In this document: piece by piece, positions 28,743 through 37,560 of the stretch
How the letters are laid out: every line of letters begins with the position of its first letter
Position numbering within the stretch: position 1 is the stretch's first letter
Assembly (NCBI GenBank): GCA_023254095.1
Contig: JALNLM010000005.1
Span: 1-37,560, forward strand
Direction: 5' to 3'
Source: Candidatus Geocrenenecus huangii
Lineage (GTDB): Archaea > Thermoproteota > Nitrososphaeria_A > Caldarchaeales > Wolframiiraptoraceae
Length of the DNA stretch: 37,560 nucleotides
Notes under the pieces: model-generated
Seen by the model: the letters and a program-made list of their open reading frames with translations, nothing else
Told to the model about the DNA's origin: nothing
Database searches by the model: none
Program-made: the position numbers and the translations under genes

Positions 28743-30359
28743 TCAACTCAGAGTGTATGGCCTGATCTCCCCTGAGAAATCCTTACATTGATATACAATT
28801 CTTCCTGAAACCACAGTCATCATAGTCTTCATGCTTCTGATCTCCCCTAAACTTACTTGTAGAGGATCTCTGTCAATTACGATAAAATCTGCATATTTTC
28901 CAGCCTGTAGGGTGCCTAAACGATCTTCCTCAAGTAGAAGATACGCTGATCCTTGAGTATAGAAGTGAAGAGCCTCGACTACTGATAGAACTTCGTGGGG
29001 AGTATGATTGTATAGTTCAATGCTTTCTCCGCCTCTGGAAACTGCAGCGTAGACGGTCTCCCATGGATTTAACGGTTCGATTGGGCTATCGGAGGAAAGC
29101 CCGATCTTTACACCATGTTTAGCTAATGACTTGAATGGGTATATCCATGTAGCTCTATTTTTACCTAATCTCTTGACGGCCCACCAGTCGCTAATAATGA
29201 AATGAGGTTGTATTGAAACCGCTATTCCAAGTCTAGCTATCTTCTCGATCTGGTCCGGTCTCACTATGGAGGCATGTTCTATTCTATGTCTATGCTCAAA
29301 AGATAAGTCTCTAAGATTTACATATGCATCCAAGACCGCATCTATTGCTCTATCTCCTATTGCGTGAATAGCTAGTTGTAGGCCGGCAATATGTGCTTCT
29401 TCTACGATCTTAATTAATTTATCCCTCTCGATCGTGGGCAATCCTATGGATTCTGGAAGATCTTCATATGGCTCGGATAGCCAAGCTGTATGGGCTCCGA
29501 GAGAGCCGTCCGCAAAAACCTTTACACCGAGTATCTTCAGAAAACCATCCCCGAAAGACCTTCTAATTCCAAGATGGGAAAGATTATTCAGTAATTCTTC
29601 CTTTATGTAAACTCTTACTCTTACTGGTAGTCTACTTTGATATCTAAGTATTTGGAGTATTTTTAATGAGTCAATATTGCAAGACATGAACCCTAAAGTT
29701 GTAACACCTGATGCTGCGGAATATATTAAGGCTTCATACATCATTTTTAGCATCTCGACATCCGTAAACCTGAAGATTTCCCGGAACATTTTTACAGCTT
29801 TTTCAAGTACTACGCCGGTCAGTTTCCCCTCTTGATCTTTCAAAAAATAGGGGTCTCTCGATATATCTTGACGATCCATGATTGATTGAAGAGCCACAGT
29901 ATTTACTACCGCAGCATGGCCGCAGACCCTCTCGAGAAATACGGGTTTGTCGGGTACCACCTCATCTAACTCATAACGGTTTGGGAAACGTTTCTCCTCA
30001 AATAATTCATGATCCCATCCTCTACCTAGAATCCAGGATAGATCCTTATTTCTTTCATAATAGCTTCTTATGCGTTGCTTAAGATCTCTTATTGAGCATG
30101 TATTTTTAAGATCGATTGAGTTTAAAGATATAGCGAGATTGTCAAGATGCATGTGTGCGTCAATGAACCCGGGCATGATTGTTAGACCATTAAGATCTAT
30201 TAGAGTTCCATGTAGCATGACTGTCAATCTCTCAGCTTTTTCTTTATCACCAACATATAATACTCGTCCGGCATGCGTTACAATACCCGAAGCTTTCTTT
30301 AATGGGATAAACGAAATATAGATGTCTCCGTTAACGAACCCTAAGATGTTAGAAGTCAT
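28743..30359 (-). CDS. Amidohydrolase_3 family protein (YtcJ/NfdA-like)
   Basis: Motifs PGFIDAHMH, GRGWD, KVFADGSLG, HAIGDRA, RIEHAS, SSDSP and GKYADF. Confidence 0.92.
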   Translation of the reverse strand: MTSNILGFVNGDIYISFIPLKKASGIVTHAGRVLYVGDKEKAERLTVMLHGTLIDLNGLTIMPGFIDAHMHLDNLAISLNSIDLKNTCSIRDLKQRIRSYYERNKDLSWILGRGWDHELFEEKRFPNRYELDEVVPDKPVFLERVCGHAAVVNTVALQSIMDRQDISRDPYFLKDQEGKLTGVVLEKAVKMFREIFRFTDVEMLKMMYEALIYSAASGVTTLGFMSCNIDSLKILQILRYQSRLPVRVRVYIKEELLNNLSHLGIRRSFGDGFLKILGVKVFADGSLGAHTAWLSEPYEDLPESIGLPTIERDKLIKIVEEAHIAGLQLAIHAIGDRAIDAVLDAYVNLRDLSFEHRHRIEHASIVRPDQIEKIARLGIAVSIQPHFIISDWWAVKRLGKNRATWIYPFKSLAKHGVKIGLSSDSPIEPLNPWETVYAAVSRGGESIELYNHTPHEVLSVVEALHFYTQGSAYLLLEEDRLGTLQAGKYADFIVIDRDPLQVSLGEIRSMKTMMTVVSGRIVYQCKDFSGEIRPYTLS

Positions 30360-30537
30360 CTACGATTTTCTACAATCCTTCAGGTACTTTAAAGCTTTTC
30401 ACTTTATGAAAAATGTCTATCAGGTTAGCTTATATATTGGGAACTGTTAACTTAAGTTTTCTCAAATTTCTTCCGAATACTTGAATCCTGCTGGAAGCTG
30501 GTCTTCATAGTTTCTAATAGTCTCCTTAGATGTGGTT

Positions 30538-31134
30538 TTAGCCTGTTCTTCTAGCTCCGCAGTTAGGGCATATAGTCTCTGTTTGAGGCATAAGTGTTCC
30601 ACAATACTTACACGGGATCATTACGATCTCTCGAACTATCTCCTTCTCCTTAATGATGGGTGCGGCCGATGGTTGAGCAACTTGTATTTCTAATACTTGA
30701 CTTACCGCATCGGGTCTACCCTTAACTGATACAACTCCTTTAATAGACCATACAACCCTTCTATCAATGCCCTTATATGTTGGCTTCATAGTTAATGGAA
30801 TATTTATGCTGAATGGAAATCTACCGGTGAAACCCATAGAGATATGTGTCGGCCCACTTAGGATCGGTTTAATAGAATATAGAGTTGCCGTCTCCCAAGT
30901 TTCCCTTGTAACTTCATGTTTTAAAGCTGGGTCGTAGACTCTCTTCTGAATCTTAGCTGACTCGACACATTGAAGCTCGCATCTCACTTCGTCTGCATCA
31001 AAATCTTCATATGAGTGTACTGTTAACTCTCCTTCAATATCTTCACCGAGGAAATACGCGTTCCTATTAAGGGTTATAGTTAAGTTGACTTTGGGGGGTG
31101 TAACCTTCTCAGCTAACTTCTTAATAAATGACAT
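30538..31134 (-). CDS. Arrestin/Spo0M-like beta-sandwich protein with a C-terminal zinc ribbon
   Basis: Pattern Y..GE.IEG.L.V...FPFSINIP...PTYKG....V.W.IKG, then CKYCG...CPNCG. Alternative start at 31146. Confidence 0.72.
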   Translation of the reverse strand: MSFIKKLAEKVTPPKVNLTITLNRNAYFLGEDIEGELTVHSYEDFDADEVRCELQCVESAKIQKRVYDPALKHEVTRETWETATLYSIKPILSGPTHISMGFTGRFPFSINIPLTMKPTYKGIDRRVVWSIKGVVSVKGRPDAVSQVLEIQVAQPSAAPIIKEKEIVREIVMIPCKYCGTLMPQTETICPNCGARRTG

Positions 31135-31718
31135 TGCAAAATACATCAGCCAACTCGTATTTTAATTTAACCTGACTTTATCATTTAAAGAAAGGTCGTC
31201 AAATTAATTATCTCTGAGCACCATTCTTCATATTCGCTGTGAAGTATGGTCCATCCTTACATGAATCAAGCAGTAAAGTATTTTTTGCTCCCTCCTCAGA
31301 GCCACCCTATCGGTAACACTCTCTACAGAATTAACATGCCTATAATCTAGAATCAAAGTCTAGGAATGCAAGATGAGTTTAGGTTTGAAAATGTTCTCGG
31401 ACTCTTAGAAAATTCGAGAATTTTTCAATGATATTTCTTAATTTTAAAATACGTAATCTCGTAATAGGTTAGTAAGGATTACGAGGTATTCATAGATGCT
31501 ATACTCTCAATGATACCTATGAAATCTTATAGTGGAGAATCATTCAGAAAATTAAGACATGATGAAAGTGTAACTAAACGTTTAACATGTTGAGAGGTCT
31601 GTATTCTTGAAAGTTTTTAATTATTTTTCAATAATAGAGTCATGAGATGGGATGAAGGTCTATGAGATCTGCTAAAATCCTGTCCTTACTAAGGGTAACC
31701 CTTGTAACCTACTCTCTT

Positions 31719-31888
31719 TGTTACAGGCGTTGAATTTGAGAGAGAACAAAAAGGGCTAAGTCTAATAATTCACTTATTGGGTCACTTTACCTTAGCAAAT
31801 ACGGATGCTTTTGTCGATGTAATTTCCCGATACTCTAACCTCTGTTTTATGCAGATCATCATTAATGAGTATTACAACGCCTGTAACA
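31719..31888. repeat. Perfect 14-bp inverted repeat enclosing 142 bp of apparently non-coding DNA
   Basis: TGTTACAGGCGTTG (31719-31732) and CAACGCCTGTAACA (31875-31888). Confidence 0.7.
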
Positions 31889-31940
31889 TAAATTGCTAAG
31901 GGGCATTGCTCTTGTCGCTATGAACATACCTTAACGGAAT

Positions 31941-34900
31941 TCAGGGTTTTAAGACTCTTTCTAGCTTTTCAGGCATTCCACTCCCTTTAGTGTTGAATGG
32001 TATCGTATCTCTTCCCGGAATCTTCATCCAACTTAGGATCGATGTTCCACAACTGCATGATGTCGTCTGGACTCCGCAAAACTTGTAATTTATGTTGCTA
32101 TCACAGATTTGCTCTATTCCGATAAGAGAGTTGCCTGGGAAGCGATCTTCAGGTGCAAGTGGCTCTCCTCCTAAGTCGTTGAAAAATAGGTGGTCCATCG
32201 AATCTAGTTCTCCAACATTGTAGACTGGGAATAGCCGTACTTCGCCTCCTGCACAGTCTTCACCTACTTCCAGCTCGGGGAAGAAGATCTTCTCAATCAG
32301 TAACTGGAATACGCCTGGTCCACATCCGCCTCCTTCTTCCTCGGAACTTAATCTATCTTTTAGTTCTTGAGCGATGTTTATCGCTATGGACAATATATCT
32401 CTTCCCCGAGGGTCGTCCGCTTCGAAAAGTGAGACACTAAACCCTATCAATGAATGGGGGGAAAATACGTCGCTGTATACTACGATTCTTGGAAAGTCTT
32501 CATCCCACTCCCCGCTATCGACGTCGTCTCCTACTGGGGGGACGGGTTCGGGGACCCATGTCCTAATCCCTTCAGGGGTTAGGGATACTCCAACTATAAC
32601 GTAAAATGGTTCGCTTGAGCCCCAATCATCATCCGCAACCTCAGAATATACGGAATCCAAAACTATGGCAACGTATGGGAACATATATTTTTCTACATGC
32701 CAATAGAGTATGTAATGGTAGTTACCTCTCTGGAAATGTATTTCCTGCTGTTCCTCAGTCATTCTTTGCAGAGTCGCGTAATCTAGCATAACTATCTGAT
32801 CTTCTAGGTGGTCATCCTCCCAGAATGTAAATAAGTGTAATATGAATGATAGAATGGATGATAAAAGCGCTTTGACTATCTCTACAAGAAAATTCCAAAT
32901 TCCAACTATGATGTCGGCTAGGCATATTCCAAAGCTTTCCCAGCTTTCACCACAGTCTCCTGTACCTAGAAAATCCGGCTCAACAAGCAGTACATTCTCA
33001 CAGATTTCACATGTTGGATATAGGGCGTGTTTATCTTCCGAGGCATAAAGATATAACCTGTTGTTACGGAATCTTAAGTTCGAGCAGAGGGTTTGCTCAA
33101 AAACTTTTTCTTGGCTAAAGCTGCAGACGCCTGCATCGTTGCATGATGTTCCATAAGCACTCCAGAGATCATACCGCTTACAGCATCCTCCATGCGCTCC
33201 AATGTAGACATACTCTAGAACAATTGTATGGTCGTCCACTACGCTCCACGCCATTATAAGAGGTTCAGTATCTCCAGGGTGTTCTTCAAAGGTGACTACC
33301 ACTGTACGTCCATAATCACTACTCCATGACACGACATAGTAGAATAATATGTGGGTTGGATTTTCCCTGCTTGGATATGGAGTAATTCTAGCGAAATTGA
33401 CCACGTGATCTCCTAGAGTAGCCAATAAATCTTCGTATTCATCAAGTTCTATGTAAGGATTTACCTGTCTCATGGCAGCATCTTCCCAACAATCGTTTAG
33501 GCCATCTCCATCCCGGTCAGGGAAACCGAATATAGGCAAATCACTCTCCATCATTCTTCCATTCATCGAAAATCGGAAATTGATGTCCGGGCATCCAAAG
33601 TGGAGCACTCTTGGGCTGCTTATTCTTCTATTACCTTCAATATCACAGCCTACTGCATTTACTACTATACTACGTACATTGTCTTGGGAGAACTCTTCTC
33701 TTCCTAGCGCATGATACATTCTACTTGAAGAATCATAGCTGCTTGTAAAGGATATCTCTCTCCACACTCCTTCTGTAACACTTCCATCCCAATAGGAGAC
33801 ATCAACTTTTATGAACATTTTTTCTACGCCTTTATCATCTCTTGCAGAAACACTTATCTCGACATCTTCATTCGCAGATGGATGCTCGTTACTGAAAGAT
33901 ATATCCACCGTCGGAGGCTCCAATCCCAGTGGCTGAAATGTAAAGTTAGCACTTTTGCTTCCCCCCTCCATTATGACGAAGGCATATTCTGGATTCCACA
34001 TGCCTCTCCATTCACATTCAAGCACACATTCCTGCCCCTCACATCGTTGATAAACTGGCCTTACAATATAACTACCAAAAGGATCTAATCCTCCAATAGA
34101 GTAATAATACTTTCTAAATATCTGTGTGGGCATCACCTCGTATCTATGTGGGACTGTGCCCTCAATGCAGACCGACGTACAGTACCATGTTCTTTCACCT
34201 GTAATTGGGTCTATCCTAAATCCACAAGCCTGCCTAGCTGCGCACAACTCTATTTTAAGAGTATCAGAATTATATGGGAAATTCTCTATGTATCCAGCAA
34301 TAAATGCCATGGTTGCAGTTGGAGGCGGAGCTATAATTTTCGGACCAACCTCGATCGAAACCACGACCTCGTTGTTTTCCTCATCTACTTCATCGACTTC
34401 GTTGTTTGCATCAGCGAAGAAGCTAACTTGATATGTCCCTGCCTCCAGTGGTACCCAAGATAACGATATATCCGCAACATCTTCTAGCTGACCACCCGCA
34501 GGTATACGCGGTATAGTTGTCGAACCTATATGGATCCCGTTTACTTTAAACTCGACTGTACAAGGTGGAGATAAGCTACTTCCAGTATTCCGAATCAGAG
34601 GCTTTAGCTTAACATTATCCCCAGCAGATATTCTCTCCGGCTCCCAGGATATGCCTAATGCTTCGAGGTCGGGTTTTTCAGGTTTTATCGGAATTCCCGG
34701 GACTACTTCCACTTTAAACTTGAGGTAATTATTATCCTCTTTAAACTCCCTTACATTATTCTCGTAATCAATATAAAATACTATCTCTAGGGTTCCTGCG
34801 CTTACAGGAGTCCATGTTAATTCGATCTTCCTACTCTCGCCAGGAGGCAAATCCGTCACACCCGTTAATAGCACGACGGTTTTTTCAATCAATAATGCTC

Positions 34901-35987
34901 CTCTGCAAGCACCAGAAGTAAAGTTTCCTAAATTGGAGATGACGAATGTTAAATCGACCTTTTCTCCTACTTTAGGATTTTTAGGTGAGAAGCTTACAGA
35001 GGATACTGTTAAGTCCGCTAATGAGACCCATCTTTCCCCGCGGCAATTATTTTTCTCATTTCCTTCCTTGACGGAGTTCTCCGAATCCATGCAGACCCTA
35101 ATATCGTGATCTTGAAGTTTTGCTTGCCAATAATATTCGAAAACTCTTTCTACTTCTTGATTTACACCAATTGTTCCGAGGAACTTGTCTCTCGCCACCC
35201 TAACGCCATCGATGATCAGGTCGTTGTATATTGTTGCAGGTTTTCCCGGGCTTCCTACTACCTCATCTCCAATATTTTTCATCATATAATGTATTATGTC
35301 CCCCTCCCTCCATATGTCGGTGACAACTAGGTCTGGAAATGTGGACACCTCGATTTTTGCTTCTACCCAAGCGGCCCAATCTTGGGCTGAAGTTCCTTTA
35401 ACACCAACGTATAGAATGAACCGTCCCATCTTACCAGCTAGTGAATGCAGGTCTTGGGTAAATGAGTCCAACTTATTATCGTATAATATTTGTTGACTCA
35501 TTAAGGTGGTTACACTTCCTTCTTCATCCATGAACCTCACTTCGAAGATGACGCCATCCGTGTTCAAAGCTCCTTGTAGAAAACCTATCTCAACGTTCAG
35601 CTTGGCATTCTCCGGAACTATTGTCTCAGGATAAGTCCCCATGATATAGCCCCTCTTATCAAGCCACTGTGGATGAGTTTCTAAAATTCTCTCTCTTCTG
35701 CCCCCGTCCTCTAGCACCCAATTATATCTGTATAATGCGAAACCCCGCGGGTCATCATCTCTTCCGGGAAACGGTAGAGGACCCGCACTGCTAGTCCATG
35801 ATGCTTCGGGAGCATGCTCTATGAAATCATAAGCTCCTCCTCCAGCAGAAACAAATCTTTCCAAAAAGTATCCTTTTATTGGGAGAAGCAACATGATGAT
35901 AATAATGAAGCAAAAAATGGGGTACTTGGCTTTTCTTACATGGATAAAAACCACTCCAAGGACCTCGTCTAAAAGAGTACGTACCAT
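31941..35987 (-). CDS. Large secreted or surface protein: signal/TM, carbohydrate-binding-like domain, three CARDB domains, Ig-like domain, Ca-binding loop and a Cys-rich C-terminal domain
   Basis: Hydrophobic N-terminus; three repeats of the form PDL/ADL...D..N.V.E..E.NN (about 35337-34345); DRDGDGLND; 1348-aa uninterrupted ORF. Confidence 0.82.
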   Translation of the reverse strand: MVRTLLDEVLGVVFIHVRKAKYPIFCFIIIIMLLLPIKGYFLERFVSAGGGAYDFIEHAPEASWTSSAGPLPFPGRDDDPRGFALYRYNWVLEDGGRRERILETHPQWLDKRGYIMGTYPETIVPENAKLNVEIGFLQGALNTDGVIFEVRFMDEEGSVTTLMSQQILYDNKLDSFTQDLHSLAGKMGRFILYVGVKGTSAQDWAAWVEAKIEVSTFPDLVVTDIWREGDIIHYMMKNIGDEVVGSPGKPATIYNDLIIDGVRVARDKFLGTIGVNQEVERVFEYYWQAKLQDHDIRVCMDSENSVKEGNEKNNCRGERWVSLADLTVSSVSFSPKNPKVGEKVDLTFVISNLGNFTSGACRGALLIEKTVVLLTGVTDLPPGESRKIELTWTPVSAGTLEIVFYIDYENNVREFKEDNNYLKFKVEVVPGIPIKPEKPDLEALGISWEPERISAGDNVKLKPLIRNTGSSLSPPCTVEFKVNGIHIGSTTIPRIPAGGQLEDVADISLSWVPLEAGTYQVSFFADANNEVDEVDEENNEVVVSIEVGPKIIAPPPTATMAFIAGYIENFPYNSDTLKIELCAARQACGFRIDPITGERTWYCTSVCIEGTVPHRYEVMPTQIFRKYYYSIGGLDPFGSYIVRPVYQRCEGQECVLECEWRGMWNPEYAFVIMEGGSKSANFTFQPLGLEPPTVDISFSNEHPSANEDVEISVSARDDKGVEKMFIKVDVSYWDGSVTEGVWREISFTSSYDSSSRMYHALGREEFSQDNVRSIVVNAVGCDIEGNRRISSPRVLHFGCPDINFRFSMNGRMMESDLPIFGFPDRDGDGLNDCWEDAAMRQVNPYIELDEYEDLLATLGDHVVNFARITPYPSRENPTHILFYYVVSWSSDYGRTVVVTFEEHPGDTEPLIMAWSVVDDHTIVLEYVYIGAHGGCCKRYDLWSAYGTSCNDAGVCSFSQEKVFEQTLCSNLRFRNNRLYLYASEDKHALYPTCEICENVLLVEPDFLGTGDCGESWESFGICLADIIVGIWNFLVEIVKALLSSILSFILHLFTFWEDDHLEDQIVMLDYATLQRMTEEQQEIHFQRGNYHYILYWHVEKYMFPYVAIVLDSVYSEVADDDWGSSEPFYVIVGVSLTPEGIRTWVPEPVPPVGDDVDSGEWDEDFPRIVVYSDVFSPHSLIGFSVSLFEADDPRGRDILSIAINIAQELKDRLSSEEEGGGCGPGVFQLLIEKIFFPELEVGEDCAGGEVRLFPVYNVGELDSMDHLFFNDLGGEPLAPEDRFPGNSLIGIEQICDSNINYKFCGVQTTSCSCGTSILSWMKIPGRDTIPFNTKGSGMPEKLERVLKP

Positions 35988-36110
35988 TATATAATAGTTT
36001 CTAATGTCTCAGGAAAATCCACCGCATAAAACGCAGGAGACCATCGATGTCGGGTTATCCGTTATTCAGAAGACTTATATGGCTGCTAAACATGAATATC
36101 ATGTGAAAAT

Positions 36111-36476
36111 ATGCATTTTCGGCCCTCTAAGAATGATGAAGAGGTTGAAAATTCATTTCATCTTCTTTTGAATACTGCAACTACACCCGAGCAAGCATCA
36201 TCAACAATAAAGAGGAAAAAGAAGAACACGTTCATTGCAATCGTCCTAGCATTTATCGGTGGTGTTTTCTTGCTGGGACTAGGACACTTTTACATTGGAA
36301 GAATTCTAAGAGGAATATTGCTACTAGTAACTGGGGTTGTGCTCCGTTTATCGATGTTGTTCATAACTGAGAACCTTATCGGTAATCTAGGTAGAATTCT
36401 GCTCATGGTCAATATCTTCTCTATATTCACACTATGGATCCTGCAGACTTATGATGCATATCGTCTAACAAAATAA
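36111..36476 (+). CDS. TM2-domain small membrane protein
   Basis: KKKNTFIAIVLAF...GLGHFYIGRILRGIL and terminal YDAY. Start uncertain. Confidence 0.75.
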   Translation: MHFRPSKNDEEVENSFHLLLNTATTPEQASSTIKRKKKNTFIAIVLAFIGGVFLLGLGHFYIGRILRGILLLVTGVVLRLSMLFITENLIGNLGRILLMVNIFSIFTLWILQTYDAYRLTK

Positions 36477-36698
36477 TCTAACAATCCATCTAGGAACAGA
36501 GAAAATACAAGTCATCTACAGATGAAGTCGAAGTACCCCGAATTCGAAATACCTTCTCATCATACTTTATAATTTTAAAGGTAACTGGAAAACAGTCGGA
36601 CATTACTCTTGTTTAGGAGCCTACACAAAAATATTTCCTAGATCAAAAAGGCATCTCAATGCTTCATTAGGTGACTGATGTAGAGTTTTAACAATAAT

Positions 36699-37340
36699 CT
36701 AAGTGTAAGGTAGAGTGTGCCTCTTCTTTGAGATTTCTCTCCTAGATCTGAATATAATGACTGCGACTAGGATTATCGCGATAGCTATGATCAATGGGTC
36801 GATGTATGCTGAGTAGTCTAGCAGGATCGTCCAGTACGGGCCCAGCGTGAAGCCTAGATATGTTAGCGTGAAGTTCCATGGTATTGAGCCGATTAAGGTT
36901 AATACAGTAAATTTTACCATGTTCATCTTGAATATGCCAGCCGGAAGAGAAATCACAGTTCTAACAGCAGGCATCATCCTTCCGAAGAAGACAGCATACA
37001 ACCCATATTTCTCGAATAATCTTTCCGCATACTCGAACTCATGCTCGCGTACTAAAAAATACTTCCCATATCTTTCTATAAATGGTCTTCCAATCCTCGC
37101 ACCAATATAGTAGAGGATTATAGACCCAGCTAGATTCCCCACGGATGCTACAATCGATGCTTCTATTAGAAAGTTTTCTGAATCATTTATCCATGCGACA
37201 TAACCTGAGAAGGGCATAACGATCTCGCTCGGTATGGGTATCAAGCAGCTCTCAGCCGTCATAGTCAAGAATATTCCGATCACTCCAAATTCTTCAATAA
37301 AACTTGTAAGATAGTAAGTTAGACCTTGCAAAATACCCAT
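36699..37340 (-). CDS. dedA: DedA-family membrane protein
   Basis: Motifs ES.LIPIPSEIVMPFSG, FEKYG..AVFFGRMMPAVRTVISLPAG and IPWN. Confidence 0.93.
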   Translation of the reverse strand: MGILQGLTYYLTSFIEEFGVIGIFLTMTAESCLIPIPSEIVMPFSGYVAWINDSENFLIEASIVASVGNLAGSIILYYIGARIGRPFIERYGKYFLVREHEFEYAERLFEKYGLYAVFFGRMMPAVRTVISLPAGIFKMNMVKFTVLTLIGSIPWNFTLTYLGFTLGPYWTILLDYSAYIDPLIIAIAIILVAVIIFRSRREISKKRHTLPYT

Positions 37341-37447
37341 AGTAGGATGGCTTATCTACCAAAATAATAAATTTTATCATTGAAGCTGGATCCTCTATTC
37401 GACCGATATCCTTAGCATTAGCATGGTAGTCCAACTCTTTTAACATA

Positions 37448-37560
37448 TTACAGTTTAACACCATGTTCAATAGTTGAGTTATAAGCGGAGACGTTGAATG
37501 AGTTATAGTAGAACTCGTTATCGTGAATATTATTTCTAGATGAGTGGAGGATTAGTATTC
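37448..37560 (-). CDS. Possible 3' end of a NosD-like parallel beta-helix protein cut by the window edge
   Basis: The minus frame reads ILILHSSRNNIHDNEFYYNSFNVSAYNSTIEHGVKL*, an Asn-rich pattern resembling a beta-helix repeat. Only 36 codons are visible. Confidence 0.35.
   Translation of the reverse strand, partial: ILILHSSRNNIHDNEFYYNSFNVSAYNSTIEHGVKL

Noticed and set aside
31559-31610. C/D box sRNA starting ATGATGA with an ATGTTGA C'-like box
   Set aside because: There is no CTGA D or D' box at suitable positions. A similar candidate near 1805 also fails.
31662-31899. Small or frameshifted plus-strand ORF (MRSAKILSLL... / ...FVTGVEFERE...)
   Set aside because: No recognisable motif, no early start codon for the longer frame, and it cannot be told apart from chance.
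36008-36080. RNase P RNA-like start (AGGAAAATCC)
   Set aside because: The gap is far too short and AT-rich, and the remaining conserved regions are absent.
84-37110. Numerous short ORFs in the track lying antisense to, or in alternate frames of, the called genes
   Set aside because: They are shadow ORFs of well-supported genes and carry no recognisable motifs.

Overview
AT-rich, gene-dense archaeal sequence, judged from GGTGA-type ribosome binding sites, TATA-like boxes and protein families. It is plausibly a TACK/Thermoproteota-type thermophile, but that placement is inference. From left to right: the C-terminal part of a nucleotidyltransferase-like gene; a solitary cas6 with no array or other cas genes in view; a HAD hydrolase; a vapBC-type toxin-antitoxin pair; a disrupted tryptophan-rich (TspO-like) membrane gene; and a ~10 kb minus-strand respiratory island. 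In that island a PhnD-like oxyanion-binding protein, a membrane histidine kinase and a REC-winged-helix response regulator precede a DMSO-reductase-family complex (4Fe-4S subunit, NrfD anchor, Tat-exported molybdoenzyme, TorD chaperone, frameshifted NapH-like protein). Next are two divergent LIV-type ABC importers beside an amidohydrolase, an M28 peptidase and a PLP decarboxylase that looks DokD-like rather than canonical LysA and has no canonical start codon. The window ends with an arrestin-like zinc-ribbon protein, a structured non-coding gap, a 1348-aa CARDB surface protein with a Vps62/NPP1-like C-terminus, and TM2 and DedA genes. No tRNA, rRNA, CRISPR array or transposase was recognised. 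The best candidate for an undescribed system is the three-component oxyanion sensor coupled to a molybdoenzyme of unassigned substrate.
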